DNA of 64,000 bases from Podarcis filfolensis. Lineage: Eukaryota. Numbering within the stretch: the first letter of the stretch is position 1; each line of letters opens with the position of its first letter. The notes beneath the pieces were generated by a model. It was not told the DNA's origin, searched no databases, and worked only from the letters and a program-made list of their open reading frames with translations. The stretch lies in NCBI GenBank assembly GCA_964270895.1, contig OZ185453.1; one strand, written 5' to 3'. This document shows positions 35,471-49,440 of this stretch, in pieces. The position numbers and the translations under genes are program-made.

Positions 35471-36688
35471 TTCTTGAGTTACCCTGTTAGCAGACCACTT
35501 GGAGCTGTTGGGAAATGCCCTGAGGTACCCCTTCAGCCCCCGAACTCCAAGCGTCTTCCGGTATACACAGCTCTGGAAAAGGCATATAGTGACATGTATC
35601 AAATGATATATGCACGCTAATCTTCTAGCATAACACAGCAAGAGGCGGGAGACATCGTAGAGCTAGTCTACTTATTTATTTACACACTATGTACAGACAA
35701 AGGAAGCATAGTGTCTTCTCTCTCTCCAGCTCTGAGAGAACAGGTCACAAGTAAAAGCAAAAGTACAGTACAATAAGTACATACTCGGAAGAGATAAGGC
35801 TGTCTTCTGTTCCCACACTCTTCCCAGACAGGCATGTGATTTACACCAATCTCATCTGCATCATCGGAGGTGTGAAATACTAACAGGGGCTTTACAGTAT
35901 AGATTATCTTGAGAAGTTGGATCCTGCTAACAGAGGGTCCATGTTGTGCTCGGCCCCTGAAACTCTTCCCCAACTGGATTGTGGGTGAGGCTTGCCCCGT
36001 TCCAAGCCGGTGGTGCCACAGTTATGCCACTGGCCTTTAACCAATCAGCATCGTGGCAAAGGTTGGGGGTTGGGGGTGCCTTCTACCATATAACTAACCT
36101 TCTACCCATTTGTTTTGAGATATCAGCTCCATGTCTTTTGTCCTCAAAGTTTAGGACAGAATACGTACCCGAAACATATCCACCTTGTATCTACCTTGCT
36201 GTCTTCTAAGTGCCAGAATAACAGTGCAATCCTATTTATGTTTACTTACATTTAGTGGGGGGAGATAAAACACACTGCCCTCATAAGATGGTTTACATAC
36301 AGTTGTTGTTGTTGTTTTTTAAAAATGGTATCAATAGCAATATTTACAATGTAAGCACTAATTTGAAAATGTTAATTAAAAAACCAGGCCCCACTGCTAC
36401 ATTATTGTCTCATCTCTCTTTCTGATGAGTTCAGTCTACATAGATAAAATTGCCACTGAACATAAGCATTTAACTGTATACTAATTCACACAGCTGATTC
36501 AATATACATGACGTCTTAGAGCACATCCAAGCTTAACTTCCTTTGGAAAGGCATCCGAAAATGCGTGTGAGAGATGTGTGCAGTCTTAAGAACACAGATG
36601 TGTGAATTTAGGCATAGCTGATTAAACAGAAGTACCTGCTTGGCAGCTAAAATGAAGTTAATTGGAAATTCTCCTTTTGTGCCTACAG

Positions 36689-36874
36689 AAATGTATCTTC
36701 TGCAGACAAAGAATTAAGAAAATATCTGGCGCCTGCATCCAGTGTTCCTACGGTCGTTGCCCAGCTTCTTTCCATGTTACATGTGCTCATGCCGCAGGAG
36801 TGCTGATGGAACCAGATGACTGGCCTTATGTTGTCTATATCACATGTTTCAGGCACAAAATCAGTCAAAATGTG
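36689..36874 (+). CDS. KDM4C: KDM4C internal coding exon (186 nt), [62 protein letters not shown] (second PHD finger)
   Basis: Acceptor ctccttttgtgcctacAG and donor GTAAGG, 62 codons, phase 0-0. Cys/His spacing fits a PHD finger. [36 protein letters not shown] is the KDM4C form rather than KDM4A or KDM4B. Confidence 0.97.
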
Positions 36875-37384
36875 GTAAGGATTTGCATAATTTAATTCCC
36901 GTATTATTTCCCCCCATTTTATTCCATGTTGTTGTTTCTTTGTTTTCAAAAACAAGAACACTGCTACTAGGCTGAACCAGGTTAAAAAGCTTGCTAGTTC
37001 CTGGCTGTCACGGAACAATGAAAAAATGCCAAGAATGTATGGACTGGGTTTGAAAGGCAATGAATGATAGTTGTGTGCAGTGGTAAATTAATTTCATAGA
37101 AGGAGAGTTACTCTTTTAAATACTAAGCCCAGACAAGTCAGGGCTTTTTGCTTGGTTCTAAGCAAATGCATGTAGTTTGAGAAACTCTCTTCATTGTTTC
37201 ATTATCTCATTATCCGGAGCTGAGCTCTGGCATTCAAAGCAAGTCCTGAGTATGAGAAAGGCTTGGCTCAAATTAAATCCACACTATATCACTTTAAACT
37301 GATGGATGCAGTCTTGCTCTGAGGTAGGATAAAATTAAGCTGTAGGATTCTACCATTTCTCCTTGTGATCTGGACACTACATAC

Positions 37385-37730
37385 AGTGTAGAACCACATT
37401 CATAGCTTGTGGTCTGCTAAACCCCCTAGATTCCTTTTTACATGTACTGCCATCAAGTCAAGCCTCTCCCATACTGTAGTCTCATCTGATTCTTCCTGCC
37501 TAAATGCAGAACTTCACATTTATCTCTGTTGAAATTCATGTTGTTAGCGCCCCATTCTCCATCCTGTCAAAATTATTTTTTAATCTGGTTTCTGTGTTTG
37601 CAGGTATTAGCTACCCCACCCAGTTTGGTGTCATCTGCAGATTTGATGAGCACCCTCCCCCCCACTTTCTGCCAAGTCATTTATAAAGAAGTTAAACAAG
37701 ACTGGGCACAGACCAGAACTCTGCAGCCCC
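37385..37730 (-). mobile_element. CR1 LINE reverse-transcriptase fragment
   Basis: The minus strand contains IKSADDTKLGG, matching the CR1 RT motif FADDTKLGG. Confidence 0.8.
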
Positions 37731-37755
37731 CCCCCATTGATCATTTCATATATAC

Positions 37756-37975
37756 CAGGCATGTCCAACCGGTCGATTGCGATCTACTTGTCAACCGTGG
37801 GGCGTCCCTGGTCGATTGCATGATCCTGATGGAGCCCCCCCCCAAAAAAGCTCAACAACTCTGAACAATCCTCCCCCCAAAAAACTCAAAAACTTTGGTC
37901 AATCCAGTGGGTAGATAACTGCCATTTTTTAATAGTGGGAGTAGATTGCAGGCTCTTGGGAGTTGGACATGCCTG
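37756..37975. mobile_element. hAT MITE (220 bp)
   Basis: Perfect TIRs caggcatgtccaac / gttggacatgcctg. The perfect 8-bp TSD atatatac lies at 37748-37755 and 37976-37983. Confidence 0.92.
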
Positions 37976-40449
37976 ATATATACAAATCACAGACTTCCTG
38001 ATGACACCTTCTGTGTAGCCAGTCATTCACTTGCTCTGTACTTCTGTCTCTTCTGAGGCCATGACCTTCAACAAGGAAGGAGTGGTGAAAACACCACCTG
38101 TGTCCCAGTGTCCTTCACCTTTCTACTCAGAGTCTCATAGCGATTTGCAGTAGGTTTAGTGCCATGCCTGCCATTGTTACTTGTTCCCACATGTTTCAGC
38201 AGCAAGGGATAAAAGTCAGTGGGTTTGACGAGACTTTATCATGTCAAAAGGGAACTATTTCAAAGCCAGTTTTTCTAAGGACTGTGAAGTTGACCTTCTT
38301 TCCAAGGGCTGAAGTGCCATAACATGTGTTATTTATCATAGGTCTTCCAGGACCTATATAATCACTATAAAAATAACAGAAAAGGTTAGCTTTCTGTCCT
38401 CATACATAGGAGGCAAGATAAAACTTTATAATACTTATTCATAGTATTTCATTTCCACACATAAGTCCAAGATTACCTTTCTTCTTCATTGTGATTTGCT
38501 GTGGCTCATATTTTTATATGACTACCTTAGTTCATTCATCGCTCATGTTACACAAAAGAAATCGTGCTGTCCAAACCGCAGCCTGCACAGTAATCCAGAA
38601 AATGCCACAGATGTTTATCTAATCTAATTCAGTTCTTTGCATAACAGCTGTCCCTCTGATCAAAAATTGCATTCTTTGCATCTATAAATTCTTAGGCTTC
38701 TGTGGTAGAAAATCTTTTTTTGGAACATGTTTATCAATAACACTTTCTGTGAGATACATTTTTCCAGGAATGGGAAATCGAAAACTCTTAACGCACTCTC
38801 CACGTTGGGGTAAATTACTGTTTTTTGAACTTTTAATTGCATTTTTTTAAAAAACAAAAAAACCCAAACACAATCCACCAGCAGAGGACTGCACACAGCA
38901 ACTGTTGCCACCAGAGGTAGGGCAGCACAGACTTTCCAGGTGAAATGTAGGGCAAACATAGGTCCAGGAAAAATGGGAGCAGATCCACAAATCCTTAAAT
39001 GACTCACCAAGAGTCAAGTGTGCAGGCAGATATATAGAAGGGACAGTTACTAATCTGGTGCCTTTCAGCTGTTCTGGACTACAGCTTCCAGCCAGCACAG
39101 TGGGAGGGCACCAGGTTTGCAAAAGCTGCAGTGAGGCTGAAGGCAGCTCAGCATCGGGAGTGGCTCATACCAAAACAATCAAATTATATTCACGATGAAT
39201 TGGAGTAAGTGAACATTTCACCCATGAGAAGTTCTAGATTTAGGTTATTAAAAACACACACACATTTTTATTAGGTTTTATACAAATACAAGAACCATTA
39301 AACACTTACCCAGCAGTACATCTGACGGTGTTTGTTTTATCCGTGGACTCTAGACATAAACTTACACATTCAACATTGAAACATATTAGATTCAGGTTTG
39401 AGGAGTCCCTTGGCAAAGCGTCCTTTGGGAGTCCCTCTCCTTCACCATTGGGCCTTGTCAGGCTTACCTGGTGGTGGTAGTGTTCCAAACAGCAGTGGGC
39501 AGCTGGGTCTAGCTTTAGTTTTAATTTCATACCATGTCACAGAGCAATGCTATGCTAGGGACATTGTGGAAATGTAATGGTGGCTAGAACCAGTTGACTG
39601 GGGCTACTGAGAATGCCAAGATGGGGTGGGGCAGGGCAGAGTATCTACATATGTGTTGAGGCCCTAGCAGCTGCCCAAGGATGCCCTGGCTACAAGTGCT
39701 ACTGACCACTGGTTAATTCTGCACCACTTCTGCTCTTATTTCCTAATAATATAGTTCATTATAACTTACCCCTTTCAATGCACAGGGCTGAGAAGTGAGA
39801 GGGGAACTCGGGATCTGTGGACATCAGGGGCCCTGGACTCTTCTTGGACTGCTTGCTCCATTTTTCACCCGTACAGCAAGAGCCATTCTGGTTCCAAACC
39901 TGGTTAGGTGTAACCCCTGGTTAACCACTGCAGATACAATGCCTAGCTACCATGGTTTCATGCTGGCAGGAAGAGAATGGGGTCTTTGCATTTAAGTAGT
40001 ACAGGGCAAGGTGTAGGTAATATGAATTTCTTCAAGGACACACCTATATATACAACCATAATTCCACAATCAACAATGGAATATTGATAAAGGCCCATCT
40101 TTTAAAAATCAAATCCACTATGTATTGCAGTGTTAAAGCAATGAGACATGGTTTAATCCAAAACGTTTACTGAGGTGTTTCAAAGTATTTTGATATATTC
40201 ATCTTGTAGGTACTCACAATTTAGTTCTCTGAATGTATTGAATAGTTTGCTGCTCTCAAAGGTTACAATCATTAGGTAATAAAGGGCAGGTAATCAGTCT
40301 GCATATGTCACATTTTTTTTTCCAGCTAAGTAGATTTCTAATTTTGAAACATCTTCCTCTCTAAATCAGTTATACATTTGAACATTTCCTGTTTTCTCTA
40401 CATTTTATTACCTGGCTATAGCCATAGGCTTTATTAATGTTGGCATATA

Positions 40450-40675
40450 CAGTGGTACCTCAGGTTAAGTACTTAATTCGTTCCGGAGGTCTGTACTTAA
40501 GCTGAAACTCTTCTTAACCTGAAGCACCACTTTAGCTAATGGCGCCTCCTGCTGCTGCCGCGCCGCCAGAACACGATTTCTGTTCTTATCCTGAAACAAA
40601 GTTCTTAACCTGAAGCACTATTTCTGGGTTAGCGGAGTCTGTAACCTGAAGCGTATGTAACCTGAGGTACCACTG
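40450..40675. mobile_element. Tc1/mariner (Tigger-like) MITE
   Basis: ta|CAGTGGTACCTCAGGTTA ... TAACCTGAGGTACCACTG|ta. Confidence 0.92.
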
Positions 40676-42289
40676 TACACAAAGTGAAATGTGCTACATG
40701 CAGTGTGTGGTACAGATTGGTGAGTGGGTTGATTTGTAGTTACCTGAAACACATCCCCTCTCCTTCGTCTTACCTTTCAATAGGTTATAAGTGCTGCAGT
40801 GCAAGCAGCAGAGAGAGAGGGAAGACGCTCTCTCCATTTATTTCCTTTCTCAGACATTCCATGCACCGATTAGCAGCCTGCTGGGTGATGGAAACCAGTG
40901 GCTCATGAGAATGCATGAGACAGAGATCTCCTTGGCCTGTCACACTGCTACCCTGTGCCCCAGAGCAACGGAGAATGAAGCAATCCTAAAGCCGTTGTTT
41001 CTCACCATATATATATCATAAGGCCCTACCCAAATGTAGCAACTGGTTTGAAAATGTGATGAACCCTTGGACATTTTTGTAATAGATGCGAGCTTTCTTT
41101 AATCTACGCTTTATCTACTGGAAGCTGATACACTCATTTTGATTGCAAGTGGCGATTGCAGAAGCCTGTGTGGCAGTGTGACACATGCTAATGATTCCAT
41201 GCTTCTGAAACTGCAGGCAAAGCAGGTACCTGCATGCATCCTCAGGACCGCTGTAAGCCATGATTTTCATCTCCAGTTCTGCAAGCAAACAAATGTATAT
41301 CTGCGCATAGGATTTTAGCATCAGTCAAAAGATCTTTGGAGTTGTATGTGGCTTTCAGAGACACCTTAAGCAGAATGACTATAGCATTTTGACAGTCTGT
41401 CACTTCAATAGGATGCTGCTGCAGCTGCAACCATTTCTCTATTTAGTGTTGGTGGTAAAGGTGTCGGCAATACTGTTCTCAGGAGCTCTTTAGGGAATGC
41501 AAGAGGCATTGCTGAATGTGTGACTGGTAAGAAGGACTCGCCAAGCAAAGCCTCTTGCGTTGTCAATGCTGTATTGTCTCCTTTCAGCCATGAAGGTGGC
41601 ATTGACAGCCAGATGGAATGGATGCTAGGTAGATGTGGAGGAAAGCAGTGGAGTGGTAGCTGGGATTTGGCAAGAGAAAGGAAGCAGCCAGGCCCATGCA
41701 GAGGGGTGGGGGGAAGGTGGGCACATTTGCCCTGGGCCACGGTGGGGCTAAGCCAGGGACCAGCTGCTTTTTTTGTTTGAGTTTATAACTTTATTCTAAC
41801 AAGACTGCCGGCCCAGGCTTCAGAAGTCGCTGCAACCTCTGCACAGACCTGGAAGCAGCTGCAGATTATTAGGAAGTGGGAAGAGAGTGAAAAACAAGCA
41901 AGATGGAACAGCAAAGCCACAACTCTCTCTCACCCCATGTACATTTCATATGAGACCTGATAAATTGATGGTCTGTTTACTAGCCCTCAATAAAACACTT
42001 GAAACAAGACAAATTATATTTTATCAATTTCAGTTAAAAGCTCACCTACAATGCATCACGTTTTCTGTGCAAGTTCTTGACTCTAGAAGCAAGCGGCTTG
42101 GGCTAAGGGAGATGTTTCTAAACAGTTGCTTTCTGACAGTTGTGGCTGTGGCAAAGAAGGCCTTCATTCATCTGTTTATTTCATAAAATTTATACATCGC
42201 TTGATTGTTAAAAAACAACAACCCTCAAAGCAGTTTAGAAAAGATAAAACAGTAAAATCAAGAAAAAATTGCAACCCTACTTTAAAGTA

Positions 42290-42460
42290 CAGTGGTACCT
42301 CGGGTTAAGTACTTAATTCGTTCTGGAGGTCCGTTCTTAACCTGAAACTGTTCTTAACCTGAAGCACCACTTTAGCTAATGCGGCCTCCTGCTGCTGCCG
42401 CGCTGCTGGAGCCCGATTTCTGTTCTTATCCTGAAGCGTATGTAACCCGAGGTACCACTG
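42290..42460. mobile_element. Tc1/mariner (Tigger-like) MITE, internally deleted relative to 40450
   Basis: ta|CAGTGGTACCTCGGGTTA ... TAACCCGAGGTACCACTG|ta. The deletion falls between two ctgaa motifs. Confidence 0.92.
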
Positions 42461-42682
42461 TATCAAAAAGTTAAAATACTAAAAGAGATGAATATTACCT
42501 CAACTTTCTAAGCACCTGGGTAGGCTTGTCTAAACAGAAATGTTTTTAGCAGGCACCAAAAAGAGTACAGTGAAGGTTCTTGATCTCATTAGGCAGGGAG
42601 TTCCAAAGTTGTAAGTGCTGCCATACTGAACGATTTCATAAATGTGGAACGGGTATTATGTGGCACCTACAGCAGTGCCAAA

Positions 42683-43037
42683 GGGACGCGGGTGGTGCTG
42701 TGGGTTAAATTACAGAGCCTAGGACTTGCCGATCAAAAGGTCGGCGGTTCGAATCGCCTCAAAGGGGTGAGCTCCCGTTGCTCGGTCCCTGCTCCTGCCA
42801 ACCTAGCAGTTCGAAAGCACGTCAAAGTGCAAGTAGATAAATAGGTACCGCTCCGGCGGGAAGGTAAACGGCGTTTCCGTGCACTGCTCTGGTTCGCCAG
42901 AAGTGGCTTAGTCATGCTGGCCACATGACCCGGAAGCTGTACGCCGGCTCCATCGGCCAATAAAGCGAGATGAGCGCCACAACCCCCTAGTCGGCCACGA
43001 CTGGACCTAACAGTCAGGGGTCCCTTTACCTTTACCT
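42683..43037 (+). mobile_element. Sauria SINE, full length
   Basis: Same family as 2515. The 14-bp TSD tacagcagtgccaa lies at 42668-42681 and 43038-43051. Confidence 0.92.
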
Positions 43038-43324
43038 TACAGCAGTGCCAATTGAAGTGGTCATGTGGTCACATGTAGGGTAAGGTGATCTCGTAGTTGT
43101 AAGCTGGTCTCAATTTTTAAAGGGATTTATATATCAATAGTAATACCTCAAACTTGGTCTGATAGCAAATCAGCAATCAGTTCAGATCTCTGAGCACAGG
43201 TCTTTCATGAATCCTGGTCATCAGACACAAAGAATCCTTAGATGTACAGGACCCAGTGGATTGAAACGAGTGAGACAAATTTTGTGGCTGATATAACTAT
43301 GTGTGCTTAATTTTTGCTTTCTAG

Positions 43325-43495
43325 AAAACCAAAGCCTTCGAGAAAACGGTCTCAGCCGGCCAAACTGTCATAGCGAAACACAGGAACACACGGTACTATA
43401 GCTGCAGAGTAAAAGAAGTTACATCTCAAGTTTTCTACGAAGTCATGTTTGATGACGGTTCCTTCAGCCGGGACACCTTCCCTGAAGACATTGTG
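43325..43495 (+). CDS. KDM4C: KDM4C internal coding exon (171 nt), [57 protein letters not shown] (Tudor)
   Basis: Acceptor ttttgctttctAG and donor GTAAG, 57 codons. [21 protein letters not shown] is the KDM4C Tudor motif. The supplied + strand ORF track misses it because it has no start codon. Confidence 0.97.
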
Positions 43496-44372
43496 GTAAG
43501 TATTTATTTTAAGAAACTGATTTTTATTTTTATTTTTGAAAGTTAAATAAGGAAAATTGAACAATTTCTTCTGACCTTTCAACAGGGATAATTAACTTAA
43601 TATTCTGCTTGTGTTTGCTATTTCTTGCTGCAGAGAATTATTACTTTCTCAGGGGCTTCCCAACCTTGTTTGTTCTAATTAGTATCCACCATTTCGTCAA
43701 ATGAATCAAAACTAATCTTCCAAAGTCTTTTAATTAAATAAGAAGTATGTTTTTAATAAAAGATATTAGAGTGGGAATTCCACATATTGTAATGTGTCTC
43801 TGAGAGATAATATTACAAAATTCCTTGATGAATTGAGAAAAAGCCCATGTTCAAATATGTAATAGGCAGAATGGTTCTCATGAATCTAGTATGATGACTT
43901 GTTTACATCTTGGATGTGTTTGTAAGATTCCATTGCCTAATGATACTAAATCCGAAGGGAAATGGCATTGTTTGCAACATTTCACAACATGCATTTCAGT
44001 GCATGTTTAAACCAACATTTTATTATAGCAATTAATCAGTGCTTCATGTTCTTATATGGTGCAGTAGATTCAGGGTGATTCTGTCTTGCCTTGCATGTAA
44101 CACAACTTGCATGCACTCTGGTATTGTGGTTAGTCCCTTTGCACTTTTCTCATCCTGGGAGTGCTGCATCTTGGGCTGATGTCTGGCCTCCTGTCAAAAT
44201 TCTTCAGGCTCCATTACATCAGTCAGACGTTGCCAGGATATGGCAGCAATACATTTATTCCTCAGGCAGGCCCTCTCCCTTTCTGTCCCTTGTGCTTCGG
44301 AAAAGAAAAAAAAGTTGCAAAGCTGGCTCAGCATCCGGTTTTAGATGTTTAAAAATACTGAAAGGGTTTCTG

Positions 44373-44762
44373 GGCACAATTCAAAGTGTTGGTCCTGAAC
44401 TTCAAAGCCCTAAACGGCCTTGGCCCAGTATACCTGAAGGGGCGTCTCTACCCCCATTGTTCAGCCCGAACACTGAGGTTCAGCGCTGAGGGCCTTCTGG
44501 TGGTTCCCTCACTGCGAGAAGTGAAGTTACAGGGAACCAAGCAGGAAGCCTTCTCGGTAGTGGCACCCGCCTTGTGGAATGCCCTCCCACCAGATGTCAA
44601 AGAAATAAACAACCACCAGACTTTTAGAAGACACCTGAAGGCAGCCCTGTTTAGGGAAGCTTTTAATATTTGATGGATTACTGTATTTTAATCTTTCGTT
44701 GGAAGCCTCCCAGAGTGGCTGGGGAAACCCAGCCAGATGGGCGGGGTATAAACAAACAAACA

Positions 44763-44813
<51 letters not shown>
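44373..44813 (+). mobile_element. L2-clade LINE 3' end with long (ATT)n tail
   Basis: The ORF end ...FKALNGLGPVYLK..L.PH...TLR..AEGLLVVP....AFSVVAPALWNALP..F...LK..LF is the L2 ORF2 C-terminus. Confidence 0.85.
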
Positions 44814-44815
<2 letters not shown>

Positions 44816-45626
44816 AGTATGGACTTCAAACTCCTAAGGTATAACAGTCCTGAGAGCCAACTGTTGAACTCTTTAGCCAGTGCAGAGTATGTGATTTTGG
44901 ACCGTTGTTTTTGTGATATCCATGATTGATGAGTCATCATCTTGAATCTTGTACATTATCTGACAGTTGGGGTCTTTTGGATGGATTTGTATTTAAACAA
45001 TGCTTTTTTCAAATATCTGCTGTGATTTCAGGCCCACATTTTGGTTTGCTTGTGAAGTCTTCATGAGGTGTTAGAAGACTAGCCAGTAAAGATGTCTACC
45101 TCTCTGTCCTGTTTTGCTAATCTCTATGTCCATGTGACATATTATCCGGGGAATCTCTCCTACTGCATTTAAATAGGTATCTTCTAGAGAAACAGGAACT
45201 TCTGTCAGATGTTTGTACACATTCTTGTATAAGAGGCCTATGAGCTTCAACTACAAGGAATAAGGATCACACAGGTTTTATATGGTCAACTCGGGATTTG
45301 AGTTGTGAGTCTAGTGCCTACCTAATAAATGAAAAAGGCTGCAGAATTGTGCTCACATGGTGGGATTGACAGCAAAGAACTTCACATGTGGCGTTCAGTT
45401 TGTAGATAACAACTGTAGGAAAAATGAGTGCTATTGACATTGAAGAACTATAAAGAGAATTAACTATTGGAGGCAGGAAGATTGATGAGACGCAACAAAG
45501 AATGAAAGTGTTAGTTTGGCTCCACTAATTTGGCAGACAGATAGTACTATGGGATTAAAAAAAAAAGCATTGGTCATGTATTTTCCTTTGCGAATTGCAA
45601 ATATAAAGCATAGAACATGGATAGCT

Positions 45627-45783
45627 GGAGCTGGATAGCTCAGTTGGTTAGAGCACGGTGCTGACAATGCCAAAGTTGCAGGTTCAATCCCCATAAGGGA
45701 CAGCTGAATATTCCTCTATTGCAGGGGGTTGGACTAGATGATCCTCAGGTTCCCTTCCAGCTCTATGATACTATGATTCTATG
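45627..45783 (+). mobile_element. tRNA-derived SINE with CR1-type 3' tail (Squam2-type)
   Basis: A box tagctcagttgg and B box ggttcaatccc, followed by the CR1 3' end gcagggggttggactagatga...ctatgattctatg. Confidence 0.85.
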
Positions 45784-48044
45784 CTGTGGGCAGGGAGAAT
45801 CACAACACATTTTGTTCCCTGTAGTGTTGCTGGATAGAGCACAATGAAGTTGGCCAAGGTGTTACGATCTTCAGGCTAGGTCAGTATGCTGCAAGCCTGC
45901 TATCACAAATGTCCATCTTCGCTCGCCTGTAGGTATGCATGCTGATCTCTGCTGTTGTCTTACTTTGATTTCAGGAAGGAAAGCTGTCCTTCAAACATTA
46001 TTAGCAGAGATTATACTGTTTTCCTTGCTAAGTCCTTACTTATAAAAAGGTCTTATACCTTTTTTGGAAGTATAACACTCAAAGTGGGGCAGTTTCAAAG
46101 CAGTGTGTGATGGATTTAGCTGTTCACCTCTCACTGGTGATAAAGGAAGCCGTGCAGCTAAATTCCTGCTACGGCCCTTTGAAAAGCTACTTCTTTGTTT
46201 GGAATGTTATAAAAAGCATCATTAATGATTGGGGATGCCTTGATTTAAGGAACACTGAGATATATGAGGCTGTGTTCCTTAGTGGAAGCCACCGTTTTCT
46301 TTCCACCTGCATCAAAGCTTGAGCTGTGGGAGAGAGGAAAACTGCTTACCACCCAAGTGGGGTGGTTTGATTTGGTGCTAAGAGGAAATGTAATCAGGCC
46401 TGGATATGCCTCAGTGCTTCTCAGATAGTAGAGGAACAACATATAATTGTTTGAAGCAAATGCCAAAGAACTTTCAGATTCCGTAGAGAAATCTTTGTGT
46501 GTTTTCATTAGATAATATACCTGTAGCATCAGTAACAGGAAGGATTCCTCCCCCCAAAAAACCCTGCCTTCCTAATCCGTGCAATGTGCATATCAGGTGT
46601 TAGTGCCACTGGGAGGACTTATTCATCAAATTTTGTGCGGCGGCAATGTTGCTGCCTATTGAAGAAGCTATTTCTCTAATCTGTTTCCCTGTTCAGCTAG
46701 CTCACAAAGATAGCAAAAGCTTTCTGCTTTACGTGTTCAAGCCACTGCACAATTTCCGTTCGGTTCACAATTGCATTTATGGGAGACAAGCCACCATTTC
46801 GTGTCTGTACAGCCTTTGGTAAGATTGCTTGCAAGGAGAAAGAAGGGGTTTGGGGGAAATTGCAGCCTTCCCCCCCAGATTTTCAGTTCCTTGGTTCATA
46901 CAGGTCAGGGAAGACACTGTCTTTGTTTCTACTGCATGTTTTGAAATTTACAGCAATGTTTACCAAATCCAACAGTCCAACTATGTTAAGCATACCTATT
47001 CAAATCAATGAAAATGAATGCGTCTCCAGCTTACTCAAGTTATTTTTAACTTGAGGAAGTATGAAGAGCATTTTGGTGGTTTTCTAGTCATCCCTGCAGA
47101 GGAAGAAACTTGACCAAAAAAATAAATAAATCAGATGTGGATTGTGTGTGTGAATTCCTTTAGTTCTCAGCCACTATATCTAAGACCAGAATAGTTTGTC
47201 CTTGTAGATTAGATCCTAAATTCTGTACATACAGTTCTGAACATTACTCCCTAATATTTTTGGAAGAGAAGCATGTAGCAATAACGTTATCCTGTAGTCT
47301 GTCCTCACATGTATGTCATTACACAGAGAGAGGGGTCAGCTGTGCCAATAGCACCAGCCCTGACACAGCCTGAGTTGAGCAGCCTGGAGCCATCTGAATA
47401 TGGGTCCCCCAACCTGGACTCCCAGAGATTGCATCTCCTGAACCAGATCCCTCCCCCACCCCATGGAACCAATACCCCCTATTCCAAGAGCCAGAAATAA
47501 TGAAATATCAAGGAGTGTCGAACTTGAGGGCTGCTACTTTAAGAATCTCCATTGTCCATCAAAAGGAAAGGTCCTAGGAGAGGTAGGCCCAGTAGCTATA
47601 AAGGGGATCAGTTTGAACTCAATGCCTGTTGCAACATGTAGTCTCTTCCCTAGGACATGTCTCTGACAGCTTTGGCTTTTTAGTCCTAACTCATAATCTC
47701 TGAGTAAATACTGCCCCTGCTTGCCAGTCATCTGCTCTGGTTGCCTGCTTCAGAATGCTGCCTGACCCACTTCCTCCAGAAACTCTCCCCCCGCCCCATG
47801 CTAGGACTGAACACAGGTCCTGGCAGCATTCTGTAAGGACCAGCAATGGATCATGAATTCTGGAGATAGGAGCCACCCTGAGGTTCACAGAAAATACCTA
47901 TTTTCCCCCACAGGGGGCTGCTTTGTGTATTTAGCATATAAGCACCAAATAAATATTCAGGAAGCTAATAATAGTTGTGTTGCCATATTACAAAAAGTGA
48001 AATATTCCAGATATGTCTGGGAAATTCCGGGCGTATGGCAACCC

Positions 48045-48178
48045 TAGTTTCCCGAACTTGGGTCTCCAGCTGTTTTTGGACTACAACTCCCATCATCCTT
48101 GGCTAGCAGGACCAGCAGCCAGGGATAATGGGAACTGTAGTCCAAAAACAGCTGGAGACCCAAGTTTGGGAAACTCTG
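48045..48178. mobile_element. Palindromic hAT MITE with a clipped left TIR, abutting a Blackjack-like terminus (about 47995-48046)
   Basis: gtttcccgaacttgggtctccagctgtttttggactac / gtagtccaaaaacagctggagacccaagtttgggaaactctg, preceded by ...gggcgtatggcaacccta. Confidence 0.75.
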
Positions 48179-49440
48179 GTTTATATCATGACCCTTATTT
48201 TAACTCATATTGAGAAAATGACTTTGGGTTGATACCAACCACAGTGCTTTCATAGTCAAAAGTGACATTTGAGTCCCAGTTTCCAAAGTCCACACTGTAG
48301 CACTGTTCACTGATCTACATTGTTGGTCATTTAAGTGTGTTTAGAACTGGAGTCTAAACCGTTAGTGAGAAAATTGCGGTTGGGAGCTAGTGGCCTGGCC
48401 ATGGACACTCCATTGCATTCATAGTCAAGGTACGGTTTGTATCCAGATTTCTCAGGACCCTTGAGCCACATGTATGTTAGAAACATACATGTTTATAGAA
48501 CTGGAGTCTAAAGCCATCAGAGAGAAAGAAAAGAAGATATTCCATTTCAGTTTATAAAACACCAATGCTGAAATGTATCTCAGTCTTTGGACTGTGCTGC
48601 ATTTTCAAGACTCTCAGAGGATATTCCAAATGCCCATGTGTTCTTGTTCTGTTCAGTATTAAAAATGCCCAAATATGTGTATTCTGTGGGGTATATAGCA
48701 CTGTGCAGTTAAACTCAGCCTGCAAGTCACAGCAGTCAAAAACAGTAATAAAAGACATATTACTACATGACTCAGGCTGTCAATCCAAGTAAATGTGACA
48801 CAATTTACAGATTATTATTATTATTGGTCTACCAGCCTTTTCCAAAATGGATGTTTCCTCACCCGAAAGAGACAAACATGAATAGAAATTTGAGGATTTT
48901 TCCTCATTTTTTTTTTAAAAAGCCAACATTGATACACGGAGCCCTTAACAGAATTATGCTGACACTAATGTAACTGCATCCTTTCAAACAGAGGACCCGA
49001 GAGAGCCTTCACTGAGATGAGAATGGTGACGATTAAGCCCCATCAGTCTGTGCTTCAAATTCATCTCCAGCTATGAAAAAAGGAAGAGAGCCATTTAGAA
49101 ATGTGACAGCAAAAGTACATCACAGAAATTTTCTAAAGACTACTTCTGCATTTCCAAATACACCTAAATTTCACAAAACATCAAATTACCATCTTTGGCT
49201 TCCTTTGTAATGGAATTGGGCACATTTTCGTGATCATGCATTTGAACAAAAACGTCAGCATAATAACATGACAAATGGAATGCTATTTAAAAATAAGAGT
49301 TCTTCCACCCACATGGATGTCTTAGCCACAGATTTCCATAACTGAACATGTGCATGAGCGCCCAATGGCTGTACGTTATAGCCAATTAGTGTCCCACAAA
49401 AGAGCTGTCAGTGTGCTAGGGGACCCTAGTTTAGACTCCA

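Noticed and set aside
45627-45710. tRNA gene (also the heads at 2515, 42683, 56552, 59154 and 62679)
   Set aside because: A and B boxes are present, but each continues into a SINE body with a LINE-derived tail, and the cloverleaf is degenerate.
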